From Tubulanus polymorphus (taxonomy: Eukaryota > Animalia > Nemertea), in the NCBI RefSeq assembly GCF_964204645.1, contig NC_134030.1:167255-231254 (forward strand): a stretch of DNA of 64,000 nt. Reading direction: 5' to 3'. The translations under genes were made by a program, and so were the position numbers. This document shows, in pieces, positions 12,512 to 26,200 of this stretch (its first letter is position 1; the number at the start of each line of letters is the position of its first letter). Below the pieces are notes generated by a model that was given only the letters and a program-made list of their open reading frames with translations, was not told where the DNA came from and ran no database searches.

Positions 12512-14198
12512 GACTTATTCAGCAGTCATAAAAACTAATATATAATGGCCAAGGCATTGTGATCGTTACACAAAACAATCTGATAAATTTGAAATGAGAC
12601 TTTGAGCTGATTTTCACAACTATTATCAAATGATATAAATTATTTGTTGTGAAAAATGAATATTAACGGGATCATTTCACCGTTTGACGGTGAATGCGGC
12701 TGGATGCATTTCCGGTAGACTCGCTTCCCTGTGCAGGTTTTCAGAGCTTTTACGTGGATTGCGTAGAACGGACTAAGGTCGACACCGTTCATATATATTC
12801 CAGGGCCCTCACTTACCTTTCTAAGGTTTGAGGTCTAATTTTGGTGCTACTTTTTGGATGTTAATGCCTTGATCTGCGGTACCTGAAAAATAATTGTCGC
12901 GCTAAAATGGCATGCCGATTGCGATTCTAAAACATCTACTTTAGTTTTCGGGGATTTATTAAGATTTTCGCTTTTTATTGCTACTAAAACAACAGAATTG
13001 CTTTATGATGAAAGCTATCGGGAGATAAAGCTAGTCACTACTTTTGCATAAAATTAAAGGTTATCTGACTAAAACGTTTTGTCACAGTATTTTACTTACT
13101 TTCGATGGTTCTCTGCTCCTCGTTCCCGGGGGGGGGGGGGGGGGGACAATGCGACCGAAAGATCAGGGCAACTGACGCCGAAGTCAATCTGATAGCGTCG
13201 AGGGATTTGAGAATTTCTTCAGTCTGGGTCCAATTCCAGGGAAACGAGTTTTTGCCGTTTTGCATCAACATCAGCCAATTAAAGGCGAACATCAGCTTAT
13301 TGATGAAACGCGACCATTTTGTCGATTTGTATAAGGAAGTACAACCCAAACGTCTTAAGCTAAAATACTCATAGAACTGCAGACTCCGCGGTAAATCACT
13401 CGTGACACCTTCGTAAAGAGAAGGCAGTCGCTTTTATCGAGAAGTTCCAGGGACAGCAGAAAACAAACAAACAAACAAACAAACAAACAAGATGGCGACT
13501 GCTCGTGAATAGCAGTATAAAGTCCTTAATTCGGTTAACAAAGCTCCGAGATATCATTCAAACAAGAGTAAAGTTCATATATGTTTACAGAAATAAATGG
13601 TTTATTGTTTGTTGACGAACATACACAACTTTATCAAATATTCATTATATAAAATCCTAAGAAGTTTACAAACTGATGCATACAAATACAGGGTAGTCGC
13701 TGCGAGCCGGATACCCAACCCAACTCCATAGGAGGGGGAGGTACGTTTGCCCAATGCTCAAGACCAGCTGAAAGGTGTTTTCTCACCTCCCCCGATTTGG
13801 AAAGTGAAGCAAAAAATCATCACTTTGCAAACAATCATATTCAGGGTATTGCCGTGACGAGCCGGCTACCTCAATATATGAGGTATCCTATACTCAGCAT
13901 TGGCTAAAGGTGTCGTCACCTTCCCAGATATGATTTGGGTAGATTTGAATCTCTCACTGAGTGACCACGAAATTAATATTGTACAGGCTAAATGAGTTGA
14001 TAATATCTTTGTATTAAATACCCATATGAATAATGGCATCATTTTATTCCCTATACTATCACAATAGCTGCAGTAGATCATACATTCCATAGATCATAAA
14101 CCCCTTGTTTGACAGAAGATAATAAAGAAATTGTTTCAGAAATAGAGAGTGTGGTATTAGTGGAGGTGGTTAATGGAAAAAGACCATGTCCCCGGAGT

Positions 14199-14298
14199 AG
14201 TGCGGTGCGGTGCGGTGCGGTGCGGTGCGGTGCGGTGCGGTGCGGTGCGGTGCGGTGCGGTGCGGTGCGGTGCGGTGCGGTGCTGTGCTGTGCTGTGC
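14199..14298. repeat. (GCGGT)n microsatellite
   Basis: Directly visible. Confidence 0.97.
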
Positions 14299-14703
14299 GG
14301 GAAGAAAGATTCCGTCAAACAAAGAGTTTCTAATCCACGATAAAATTAATTATTAAAAATTAATGAATTAACCCAGAAATAATATCCCTCAACCATGGTA
14401 ACCATGGTAGCGAGCTTAAACCTTAATTAAATACAATGTCTGCATCGCTGATATTGATTGGTCGATTGTAAGAGATTCAATTTCCACAAAATACAAAATA
14501 CAAATATTGATTACATACAATCGACTCCACATTAAGTGTTGAGCAGAATAAAAACTAACTGAGCAAAGAATAAAAGTCAGCTTGAAAACATAAAACAAAT
14601 CTCCAGTTGAACATAATATGTTCAAATTGGAGATTTGTTTTCATGTTTTTCAAGATTTTATGCTCATTATTTGTGAGCAACTTATCAATAGCGAGCTTAA
14701 AGC

Positions 14704-14975
14704 CTACTGTATTACTGTATTACTGTATTACTGTATTACTGTATTACTGTATTACTGTATTACTGTAATACTGTATTACTGTATTACTGTATTACTGTAT
14801 TACTGTATTACTGTATTACTGTATTACTGTATTACTGTATTACTGTATTACTGTATTACTGTATTACTGTATTACTGTATTACTGTATTACTGTATTACT
14901 GTATAACTGTATTACTGTATTACTGTAATATTGTATTACTGTATTACTGTATTACTGTATAACTGTATTACTGTA
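14704..14975. repeat. (TACTGTAT)n 8-bp microsatellite
   Basis: Directly visible. Confidence 0.97.
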
Positions 14976-17900
14976 TGCGTTTATACAAAATATTATTTGA
15001 CAACTACTTAACGGAATTTCGCTACTAATGTATAGAATCTACATCAGGGGAATGAGTACCATTTAATGTTTTAGTCCAATGATCACATCCTGTAGTCCAG
15101 TGATCACATCCTGTAGTCCAGTGATCGTGAAAATCCGTTGATAGTGCGAGTGTAGTCCAATACGTGTGGTCCGATGATTGTGAAGTAGTCCGTTAGTCTT
15201 GTTTGTGATAGTCCGATATGTTGAATTCCGATGATTCTGATGTAGTCCGTTAGTCCTGTTGATGGTAGTCCAATGTGTTGAATTCCAATGATTGCGAAGT
15301 AGTCCGTTGGTCATGTGGGTAGTAATTTCACGAGTTAAAATCCCCGAGAGTATCAAACGGCTCCACCAGACTGAAAATAGAAAAGCAAGTGATGCATTGA
15401 GGGCTTTGAAAAATGTAGGATTTTAAAATTGGCAGAATCTAGAATGTAATCACACACCTAACTGAAGTAATCCTGGATCGTCCTTGTCAAACATCCCTCA
15501 GTAACAAACGACTTGAACATTCTGAAACTACTCGAGAAAATAGAAATACGACCGAAGCCGAGGTTAAACAAGATATAATAAAGAGAAAATATTGAAAATT
15601 CGGAAAATATTCACTCAACAAACTGCAGCCATACTCAATCCTCCTTGTCAAACATCTCTCAGTAACAAACGACTTGAAAATTCTAAAAATACTTGAGAAA
15701 ATAGAAATACGACCGAAGCCGATGTAAAACAAGATATAATATAAAACAAGATATAATAAAAAGAAAATATTAAAGATCCGGAAAATATTCACTCAACAAA
15801 CTGAAGTCATACTCAATCCTCCTGGTCAAACATCCCTCAGTAACAAACGACTTGAACATTCTGAAACTACTTGAGACAATAGAAATACGACCGAAGCCGA
15901 GGTTAAACAAGATATAATAAAGAGAAAATATTGAAAATTCGGAAAATATTCACTCAACAAACTGTAGCCATACTCAATCCTCCTTGGAAAACATCCCTCA
16001 GTAACAAACGACTTGAACATTCTGAAAATACTTGAGAAAATAGAAATACGACCGAAGCCGAGGTAAAAAAAGATATAAAAAAGAGAAAATATTGAAAATT
16101 CTGAAAATATTCACTCAACAAACTGTAGCCATACTCAATCCTCCTTGTAAAACATCCCTCAGTAGCAAACGACTTGAACATTCTGATAATACTTGAGAAA
16201 TAGATACACGACCGAAGCCGAGGTTAAACAAGATATAATAAAGAAAAGATATTGAAAATTCGGAAAATATTCACTCAAACTGAAGTCATACTCAATCCTC
16301 CTTGTAAAACATCCCTCAGTAACAAACGACTTGAACATTCTGAAAATACTTGAGAAATAGATACACGACCGAAGCCGAGGTTAAACAAGATATTAAAACG
16401 AGAAAATATTGAAAATTCGGAAAATATTCACTCAAACTGAAGTCATACTCAATCCTCCTTGTCAAACATCCCTCAGTAACAAACGACTTGAACATTCTGA
16501 AAATACTTGAGAAATAGATACACGACCGAAGCCGAGGTTAAACAAGATATAAAAAAGAGAAAATATTGAAAATTCTGAAAATATTCACTCAACAAACTGT
16601 AGCCATACTCAATCCTCCTTGTAAAACATCCCTCAGTAGCAAACGACTTGAATATTCTGATAATACTTGAGAAATAGAAACACGACCGAAGCCGAGGTTA
16701 AACAAGATATAATAAAGAAAAGATATTGAATATTCGGAAAATATTCACTCAAACTGAAGTCATACTCAATCCTCCTGGTCAAACATCCCTCAGTAACAAA
16801 CAAGAACATCCTGAAAATACTTGAGAAAATAGAAACACGACCGAAGCCGAGGTTAAACAAGATATAATAAAGAGAAAATATTGAAAATTCGGAAAATATT
16901 CACTCAACAAACTGTAGCCATACTCAATCCTCCTTGTAAAACATCCCTCAGTAGCAAACGACTTGAACATTCTGAAGATACTTGAGAAAATAGAAATACG
17001 ACCGAAGCCGATGTTAAACAAGATATAAAAAAGATAAAATATTGAAAATTCGGAAAATATTCACCCAACAAACTGAAGTCATACTCAATCCTCCTGGTCA
17101 AACATCCCTCAGTAACAAACAAGAACATTCTGAAAATACTTGAGAAAATAGAAACACGACCGAAGCTGAGGTTAAACAAGATATAAAAAAGATAAAATAT
17201 TGAAAATTCGGAAAATATCCACCCAACAAACTGTAGTCATACTTAATCCTCCTTGTCAAACATCCCTCAGTAACAAACGACTTGAACATTCTGAAGATAC
17301 TTGAGAAAATAGAAATACGACCGAAGCCGATGTTAAACAAGATATAAAAAAGATAAAATATTGAAAATTCGGAAAATATTCACTCAACAAACTGTAGCCG
17401 TACACAATCCTCCTGGTCAAACATCCCTCAGTAACAAACAAGAACATCCTGAAAATACTTGAGAAAATAGAAACACGACCGAAGCCGAGGTTAAACAAGA
17501 TATAATAAAGATAAAATATCTGAAATTCGGAAAATATTCACTCAACAAACTGTAGCCATACTCAATCCTCCTTGTGAAACATCCCTCAGTAGCAAACGAC
17601 TTGAACATTCTGAAAATACTTGAGAAAATAGAAACACGACCGAAGCCGAGGTTAAACAAGATATAAAAAAGATAAAATATTGAAAATTCGGAAAATATTC
17701 ACCCAACAAACTGTAGTCATACTTAATCCTCCTTGTCAAACATCCCTCAGTAACAAACGACTTGAACATTCTGAAGATACTTGAGAAAATAGAAATACGA
17801 CCGAAGCCGATGTTAAACAAGATATAAAAAAGATAAAATATTGAAAATTCGGAAAATATTCACCCAACAAACTGAAGTCATACTCAATCCTCCTGGTCAA

Positions 17901-19465
17901 ACATCCCTCAGTAACAAACAAGAACATCCTGAAAATACTTGAGAAAATAGAAACACGACCGAAGCCGAGGTTAAACAAGATATAATAAAGATAAAATATT
18001 GAAAATTCGGAAAATATTCACTCAACAAACTGTAGCCATACTCAATCCTCTTGGTCAAACATCCCTCAGTAACAAACGACTTGAACATTCTGAAAATACT
18101 TGATAAAATAGAAACACGACCGAAGCCGAGATTAAACAAGATATAATAAAGAGAAAATATTGATAATTCGAAAAATATTCACTCAACAAACTGTAGCCAT
18201 ACTCAATCCTCCTGGTCAAACATCCCTTAGTAACAAACGACTTGAACATTCTGAAAATACTTGAGAAAATAGAAACACGACCGAAGCCGAGGTTAAACAA
18301 GATATAATAAAGAGAAAATATTGAAAATTCGGAAAATATTCACTCAACAAACTGAAGTCATACTCAATCCTCCTTGTCAAACATCCCTCAGTAACAAACG
18401 ACTTGAACATTCTGAAAATACTTGAGAAAATAGAAACACGACCGAAGCTGAGGTTAAACAAGTTATAAAAAGGAGAAAATATTGAAAATTCGGAAAATAT
18501 TCACTCAACAAACTGTAGCCATACTCAATCCTTCTTGTAAAACATCCCTCTCAGTAGCAAACGACTTGAACATTCGGAAACAAAATAGAAATACGACCGA
18601 AGCCGAGGTTAAACAAGATATAAAAAGAGAAAATATTGAAAATTCGGAAAATATTCACTCAACAAACTGAAGTCATACTCAATCCTCCTTGTCAAACATC
18701 CCTCAGTAACAAACAAGAACATCCTGAAAATACTTGAGAAAATAGAAACACGACCGAAGCCGAGATTAAACAAGATATAATAAAGATAAAATATTGAAAA
18801 TTCGGAAAATATTCACTCAACAAACTGTAGCCATACACAATCCTCCTGGTCAAACATCCCTCAGTAACAAACGACTTGAACATTCTGAAAATACTTGAGA
18901 AAATAGAAACACGACCGAAGCCGAGATTAAACAAGATATAATAAAGAGAAAATATTGATAATTCGAAAAATATTCACTCAACAAACTGTAGCCATACTCA
19001 ATCCTCCTGGTCAAACATCCCTCAGTAACAAACGACTTGAACATTCTGAAAATACTTGAGAAAATAGAAACACGACCGAAGCCGAGGTTAAACAAGATAT
19101 AATAAAGAGAAAATATTGAAAATTCGGAAAATATTCACCCAACAAACTGTAGTCATACTCAATCCTCCTTGTCAAACATCCCTCAGTAACAAACGACTTG
19201 AACATTCTGAAAATACTTGAGAAAATAGAAACACGACCGAAGCCGAGGTTAAACAAGATATAATAAAGATAAAATATTGAAAATTCGGAAAATATTCACT
19301 CAACAAACTGAAGTCATACTCAATCCTCCTGGTCAAACATCCCTCAGTAACAAACGACTTGAACATTCTGAAAATACTTGTGAAAATAGAAATACGACCG
19401 AAGCCGAGGTTAAACAAGATATAATAAAGTGAAAATATTGAAAATTCGGAAAATATTCACGCAAA

Positions 19466-20200
19466 AAAATGCGGCCATCTTAAAGGGTCACATGTGATAC
19501 GATTTTACATCACTGTTCCTGCTCTCAAATATCCATGAAATGGTGATTGATTGCTAAACTCAATATAAAATTGCCTGGCAATGTAATTGATCCTTCAATT
19601 CGTAAATGATGAACATTAATTATTACACGTCACTGATTAAAAACCTTGGTTTGGCAGTTTGTAGTTAGTGCTGTTTCTGTAACATATAGATATATAATTA
19701 GCGAGGCGGAGAAGAATGTGCTTTAGCAGAGTCTAGTTAATAAAGAAGGAAGATTAGTGAAGAACCTTAAACCATACTGGTCAAACGGGAGGTTTTTTAT
19801 CTGTAACACGTATTTGGTAATTGGCTTATGGAAAATGATGGTTCTGTCCATCGTAAGTGATGTAGTTAAGTAACCGATCAACATTTCCTGATCATGGAGC
19901 GTGAGGCCAAAATGAGAGTATGAAAATTTGTCAAGGTGTCATCAACTTAATGGCTATGGATTATGTACGTGAGAAGTTTGCGTCTCATCTTAGCTAAAAA
20001 GTAATTATTCTTCTATGGTCCTTAACTAATAAAATATGCAAACAATCAGGCCTGTTTTGATCTACGATAGAGGCCTAGAGTCAAATTTAGACAGGCAAAG
20101 TAGGATATAATAGAGATACGACCTTGAAAATCGCTTTCACGTGTGGTTCCTAGGTTTTTTCGATATTTGTGCCACTTTTGGTTGAAAACCTCGACCCTCC
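19466..20200. repeat. ~740-bp spacer module in the satellite, copy 1
   Basis: Near-identical to 30150-30905 and 35086-35830; begins gccatc..aaagggtcac.tgtgatacg. Confidence 0.9.
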
Positions 20201-23200
20201 CGAAAATACTTGAGAAAATCAAAACACGTCCGAAGCCGATATTTAAACGGATAAATGTTAATGTTGAAAATTCGGAAAATATTCACCCAACAAACTGTAG
20301 TCATACTTAATCCTCCTTGTCAAACATCCCTCAGTAACAAACGACTCTAACATTCTAAAAATACTTGAGAAAATAGAAATACGACCGATTAAACAAGATA
20401 TAAAAAAGAGAAAATATTGATAATTCGGAAAATATTCACTCAACAAACTGACGTCATACTCAATCCTCCTTGTCAAACATCCCTCAGTAACAAACGACTT
20501 GAACATTCTGAAAATACTTGAGAAAATAGAAACACGACCGATGCCGAGGTAAAACAAGATATTAAAAAGAGAAAATATTGAAAATTCTGAAAATATTCAC
20601 TCAACAAACTGTAGTCATACTCAATCCTCCTTGTCAAACATCCCTCAGTAACAAACGACTTGAACATTCTGAAAATACTTGAGAAAATAGAAATACGACC
20701 GAAGCCGAGGTTAAACAAGATATAAAAAAGAGAAAATAATAAAGAAAATTCGGAAAATATTCACTCAACAAACTGAAGCCATACTCAATCCTCCCGGTCA
20801 AACATCCCTCAGTAACAAACGACTTGAAAATTCTGAAAATACTTGAGAAAATAGAAACACGACCGAAGCCGAGGTTAAACAAGATATAATAAAGAAAAGA
20901 TATTGAAAATTTGGAAAGTATTCACTCAACAAACTGAAGTCATTCTCAATCCTCCTTATCAAACATCCCTCAGTAACAAACGACTTGAACATTCTGAAAA
21001 TACTTGAGAAAATAGAAACACGACCGAAGCCGAGGTTTAACAAGATATAAAAAAGAGAAAATATTGAAAATTCGGAAAATATTCACTCAACAAACTGTAG
21101 CCATACTCAATCCTCCTTGTAAAACATCCCTCTCAGTAGCAAACGACTTGAACATTCTGAAAATACTTGAGAAAATAGAAATACGACCGAAGCCGAGGTT
21201 AAACAAGATATAATAAAGAGAAAATATTGAAAATTCGGAAAATATTCACTCAACAAACTGACGTCGTTCTCAATCCTCCTGGTCAAACATCCCTCAGTAA
21301 CAAACGACTTGAACATTCTGAAAATACTTGAGAAAATAGAAATACGACCGAAGCCGAGGTTAAACAAGATATAATAAAGAGAAAATATTGAAAATTCGGA
21401 AAATATTCACTCAACAAACTGTAGTCATACTCAATCCTCCTTGTAAAACATCCCTCAGTAACAAACGACTTGAACATTCTGAAAATACTTGAGAAAATAG
21501 AAACACGACCGAAGCCGAGGTTAAACAAGATATAAAAAAGAGAAAATAATAAAGAAAATTCGGAAAATATCCACTCAACAAACTGAAGTCATACTCAATC
21601 CTCCCGGTCAAATATCCACCAGTAACAAATGACTTGAACATTCTGAAAATGCTTGAGAAAATAGAAACACGACCGAAGCCGAGGTTAAACAAGATATAAA
21701 AAGGAGAAAATATTGAAAATTCGGAAAATATTCACTCAACAAACTGTCGTCATACTCAATCCTCCTTGTCAAACATCCCTCAGTAACAAACGACTTGAAC
21801 ATTCTGAAAATACTTGAGAAAACAGAAATACGACCGAAGCCGATGCTAAAAATGATATAAAAAAAGTTAAAATAATGAAAACTCGGAAAATATTCACTCA
21901 ACAAACTGAAGTCATACTCAATCCACCTGGTCAAACATCCCTCAGTAACAAACGACTTGAACATTCTCAAAATACTTGAGAAAATAGAAATACGACCGAA
22001 GCCGATGTTAAAAAAGATATAAAAAAGAGAAAATATTGAAAATTCGGAAAATATTCACCCAACAAACTGAAGTCATACTCAATCCTCCTTGTAAAACATC
22101 CCTCTCAGTAGCAAACGACTTGAACATTCTGAAAATACTTGAGAAAATAGAAATACGACCGAAGCCGAGGCTTAACAAGATATAAAAAAGATAAAATATT
22201 GAAAATTCGGAAAATATTCACTCAACAAACTGTAGCCATACTCAATCCTCCTTATCAAACATCCCTCAGTAACAAACGACTTGAAAATTCTGAAAATACT
22301 TGAGAAAATAGAAACACGACCGAAGCCGAGGTTAAACAAAATATAAAAAAGATAAAATATTGAAAATTCGGAAAATATTCACTCAACAAACTGAAGTCAT
22401 ACTCAATCCTCCTTATCAAACATCCCTCAGTAACAAACGACTTGAACATTCTGAAAATACTTGAGAAAATAGAAACACGACCGAAGCCGAGGTTAAACAA
22501 TATATAATAAAGATAAAATATTGAAAATTCGGAAGATATTCACTCAACAAACTGTAGCCATACTCAATCCTCCTTATCAAACGTCCCTTAGTATCAAACG
22601 ACTTGAAAATCCTGAAAATACTTGAGAAAATAGAAACACGGCCGAAGCCGAGGTTAAACAAGATATAATAAAGAGAAAATAGTGAAAATTCGGAAAATAT
22701 TCACTCAACAAACTGTAGTCATACTCAGTCCTCCTGGTCAAACATCCCTCAGTAACAAACGACTTGAACATTCTGAAAATACTTGAGAAAATAGAAACAC
22801 GACCGAAGCCGAGGTTAAACAAGATATAATAAAGATAAAATATTGAAAATTCGGAAAATATTCACTCAACAAACTGACGTCATACTCAATCCTCCTGGTC
22901 AAACATCCCTTAGTATCAAACGACTTGAACATTCTGAAAATACTTGAGAAAATAGAAATACGACCGAAGCCGATGTTAAAAAAGATATAAAAAAGAGAAA
23001 ATATTGAAAATTCGGAAAATATTCACCCAACAAACTGAAGTCATACTCAATCCTCCTTGGAAAACATCCCTCAGTAACAAACGACTTGAACATTCTGAAA
23101 ATACTTGAGAAAATAGAAACACGACCGAAGCCGAGGTTAAACAAGATATAAAAAGGAGAAAATATTGAAAATTCGGAAAATATTCACTCAACAAACTGAA

Positions 23201-26200
23201 GTCATACTCAATCCTCCTTGTCAAACATCCCTCAGTAACAAACGACTTGAACATTCTGAAAATACTTGAGAAAATAGAAATACGACCGAAGCCGAGGTTA
23301 AACAAGATATAATAAAGAGAAAATAATAAAGAAAATTCGGAAAATATCCACTCAACAAACTGAAGTCATACTCAATCCTCCTTGTCAAACATCCCTCAGT
23401 AACAAACGACTTGAACATTCTGAAAATACTTGAGAAAATAGAAACACGACCGAAGCCGAGGTTAAACAAGATATAATAAAGATAAAATATTGAAAATTCG
23501 GAAAATATTCACTCAACAAACTGAAGTCATACTCAATCCTCCTTGTCAAACATCCCTCAGTAACAAACGACTTGAACATTCTGAAAATACTTGAGAAAAT
23601 AGAAACACGACCGAAGCCGAGGTTAAACAAGATATAAAAAAGATAAAATATTGAAAATTCGGAAAATATTCACTCAACAAACTGAAGTCATACTCAATCC
23701 TCCTTGTAAAACATCCCTCAGTAGCAAACGACTTGAACATTCTGAAAATACTTGAGAAAATAGAAATACGACCGAAGCCGAGGTTAAACAAGATGTAATA
23801 AAGAGAAAATATTGAAAATTCGGAAAATATTCACTCAACAAACTGAAGTCATACTCAATCCTCCTGGTCAAACATCCCTCATTAACAAACGACTCTAACA
23901 TTCTAAAAATACTTGAGAAAATAGAAATACGACCGATTAAACAAGATATAAAAAAGAGAAAATATTGATAATTCGGAAAATATTCACTCAACAAACTGAC
24001 GTCATACTCAATCCTCCTGGTCAAACATCCCTCAGTAACAAACGACTTGAACATTCTGAAAATACTTGAGAAAATAGAAACACGACCGAAGCCGAGGTTA
24101 AACAAGATATAATAAAGAGAAAATATTGAAATTCGGAAAATATTCACTCAACAAACTGTAGTCATACTCAATCCTCCTTGTAAAACATCCCTCAGTAACA
24201 AACGACTTGAAGATTCTGAAAATACTTAAGAAAATAGAAACACGACCGAAGCCGAGGTTAAACAAGTTTTAAAAAAGAGAAAATATTGAAAATTCGGAAA
24301 ATATTCACTCAACAAACTGTAGCCATACACAATCCTCCTTGTCAAACATCCCTCAGTAACAAACGACTTGAACATTCTGAAAATACTTGAGGAAATAGAA
24401 ATACGACCGAAGCCGAGGTTAAACAAGATATAAAAAAAATAAAATATTGAAAATTCGGAAAATATTCACTCAACAAACTGACGTCATACTCAATCCTCCT
24501 TGTAAAACATCCCTCAGTAACAAACGACTTGAACATTCTGAAAATACTTGAGAAAATAGAAACACGACCGAAGCCGAGGTTAAACAAGATATAATAAAGA
24601 GAAAATATTGAAATTCGGAAAATATTCACTCAACAAACTGAAGTCATACTCAATCCTCCTTGTAAAACATCCCTCAGTAACAAACGACTTGAACATTCTG
24701 AAAATACTTGAGAAAATAGAAACACGACCGAAGCCGAGGTTAAACAAGATATAATAAAGAGAAAATATTGAAATTCGGAAAATATTCACTCAACAAACTG
24801 TAGTCATACTCAATCCTCCTTGTAAAACATCCCTCAGTAACAAACGACTTGAAAATTCTGAAAATACTTGAGAAAATAGAAACACGACCGAAGCCGAGAT
24901 TAAACAAGATATAAAAAAGAGAAAATATTGAAAATTCGGAAAATATTCACTCATCAAACTGTAGCCATACTCAATCCTCCTGGTCAAACATCCCTCAGTA
25001 ACAAACAAGAACATCCTGAAACTACTTGAGAAAATAAAAATACGACCGAAGCCGATGTTAAACAAGATATAAAAAAGATAAAATATTGAAAATTCGGAAA
25101 ATATTCACTCAACAAACGAAATTCATACTCAATCCTCCTGGTCAAACATCCCTTAGTAACAAACGACTTGAGTATCCTGAAAATACTTGAGAAAATAGAA
25201 AGACGACCGAAGCCGAGATTAAACAAGATATAAAAAAGAGAAAATAATAAAGAAAATATTCACTCAACAAACTGTAGCCATACTCAATCCTCCTTGTAAA
25301 ACATCCCTTAGTATCAAACGACTTGAACATTCAGAAACTACTTGAGAAAATAGAAACACGACCGAAGCCGAGGTTAAACAAGTTATAATAAAGAGAAAAT
25401 ATTGAAAATTCGGAAAATATTCACTCAACAAACTGTAGCCATACTCAATCATCCTTGTCAAACATCTCTCAGTAACAGACGAGTTGAACATTCTGAAAAT
25501 ACTTGAGAAAACAGAAATACGACCGAAGCCGAGGTTAAACAAGTTTTAAAAAAGAGAAAATATTGAAAATTCGGAAAATATTCACTCAACAAACTGTAGC
25601 CATACTCAATCATCCTTGTCAAACATCTCTCAGTAACAGACGAGTTGAACATTCTGAAAATACTTGAGAAAACAGAAATACGACCGAAGCCGAGGTTAAA
25701 CAAGTTTTAAAAAAGAGAAAATATTGAAAATTCGGAAAATATTCACTCAACAAACTGTAGCCATACACAATCCTCCTGGTCAAACATCCCTCAGTAACAA
25801 ACGACTTGAACATTCTGAAAATACTTGAGAAAATAGAAACACGACCGAAGCCGAGATTAAACAAGATATAATAAAGATAAAATATTGAAAATTCGGAAAA
25901 TATTCACTCAACAAACTGTAGCCATACACAATCCTCCTGGTCAAACATCCCTCAGTAACAAACGACTTGAACATTCTGAAAATACTTGAGAAAATAGAAA
26001 TACGACCGAAGCCGAGGTTAAACAAGATATAAAAAAAATAAAATATTGAAAATTCGGAAAATATTCACTCAACAAACTGTAGTCATACTCAATCCTCCTT
26101 GTAAAACATCCCTCAGTAGCAAACGACTTGAACATTCTGAAAATACTTGAGAAAATAGAAACACGACCGAAGCCGAGGTTAAACAAGATATAATAAAGAG

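Noticed and set aside
12817-15370. Possible minus-strand exons (~12817-12883, ~15060-15370) and ORFs at 13092-13374
   Set aside because: Splice-like signals exist but I could not build a coherent or recognisable product; unresolved without transcript data.
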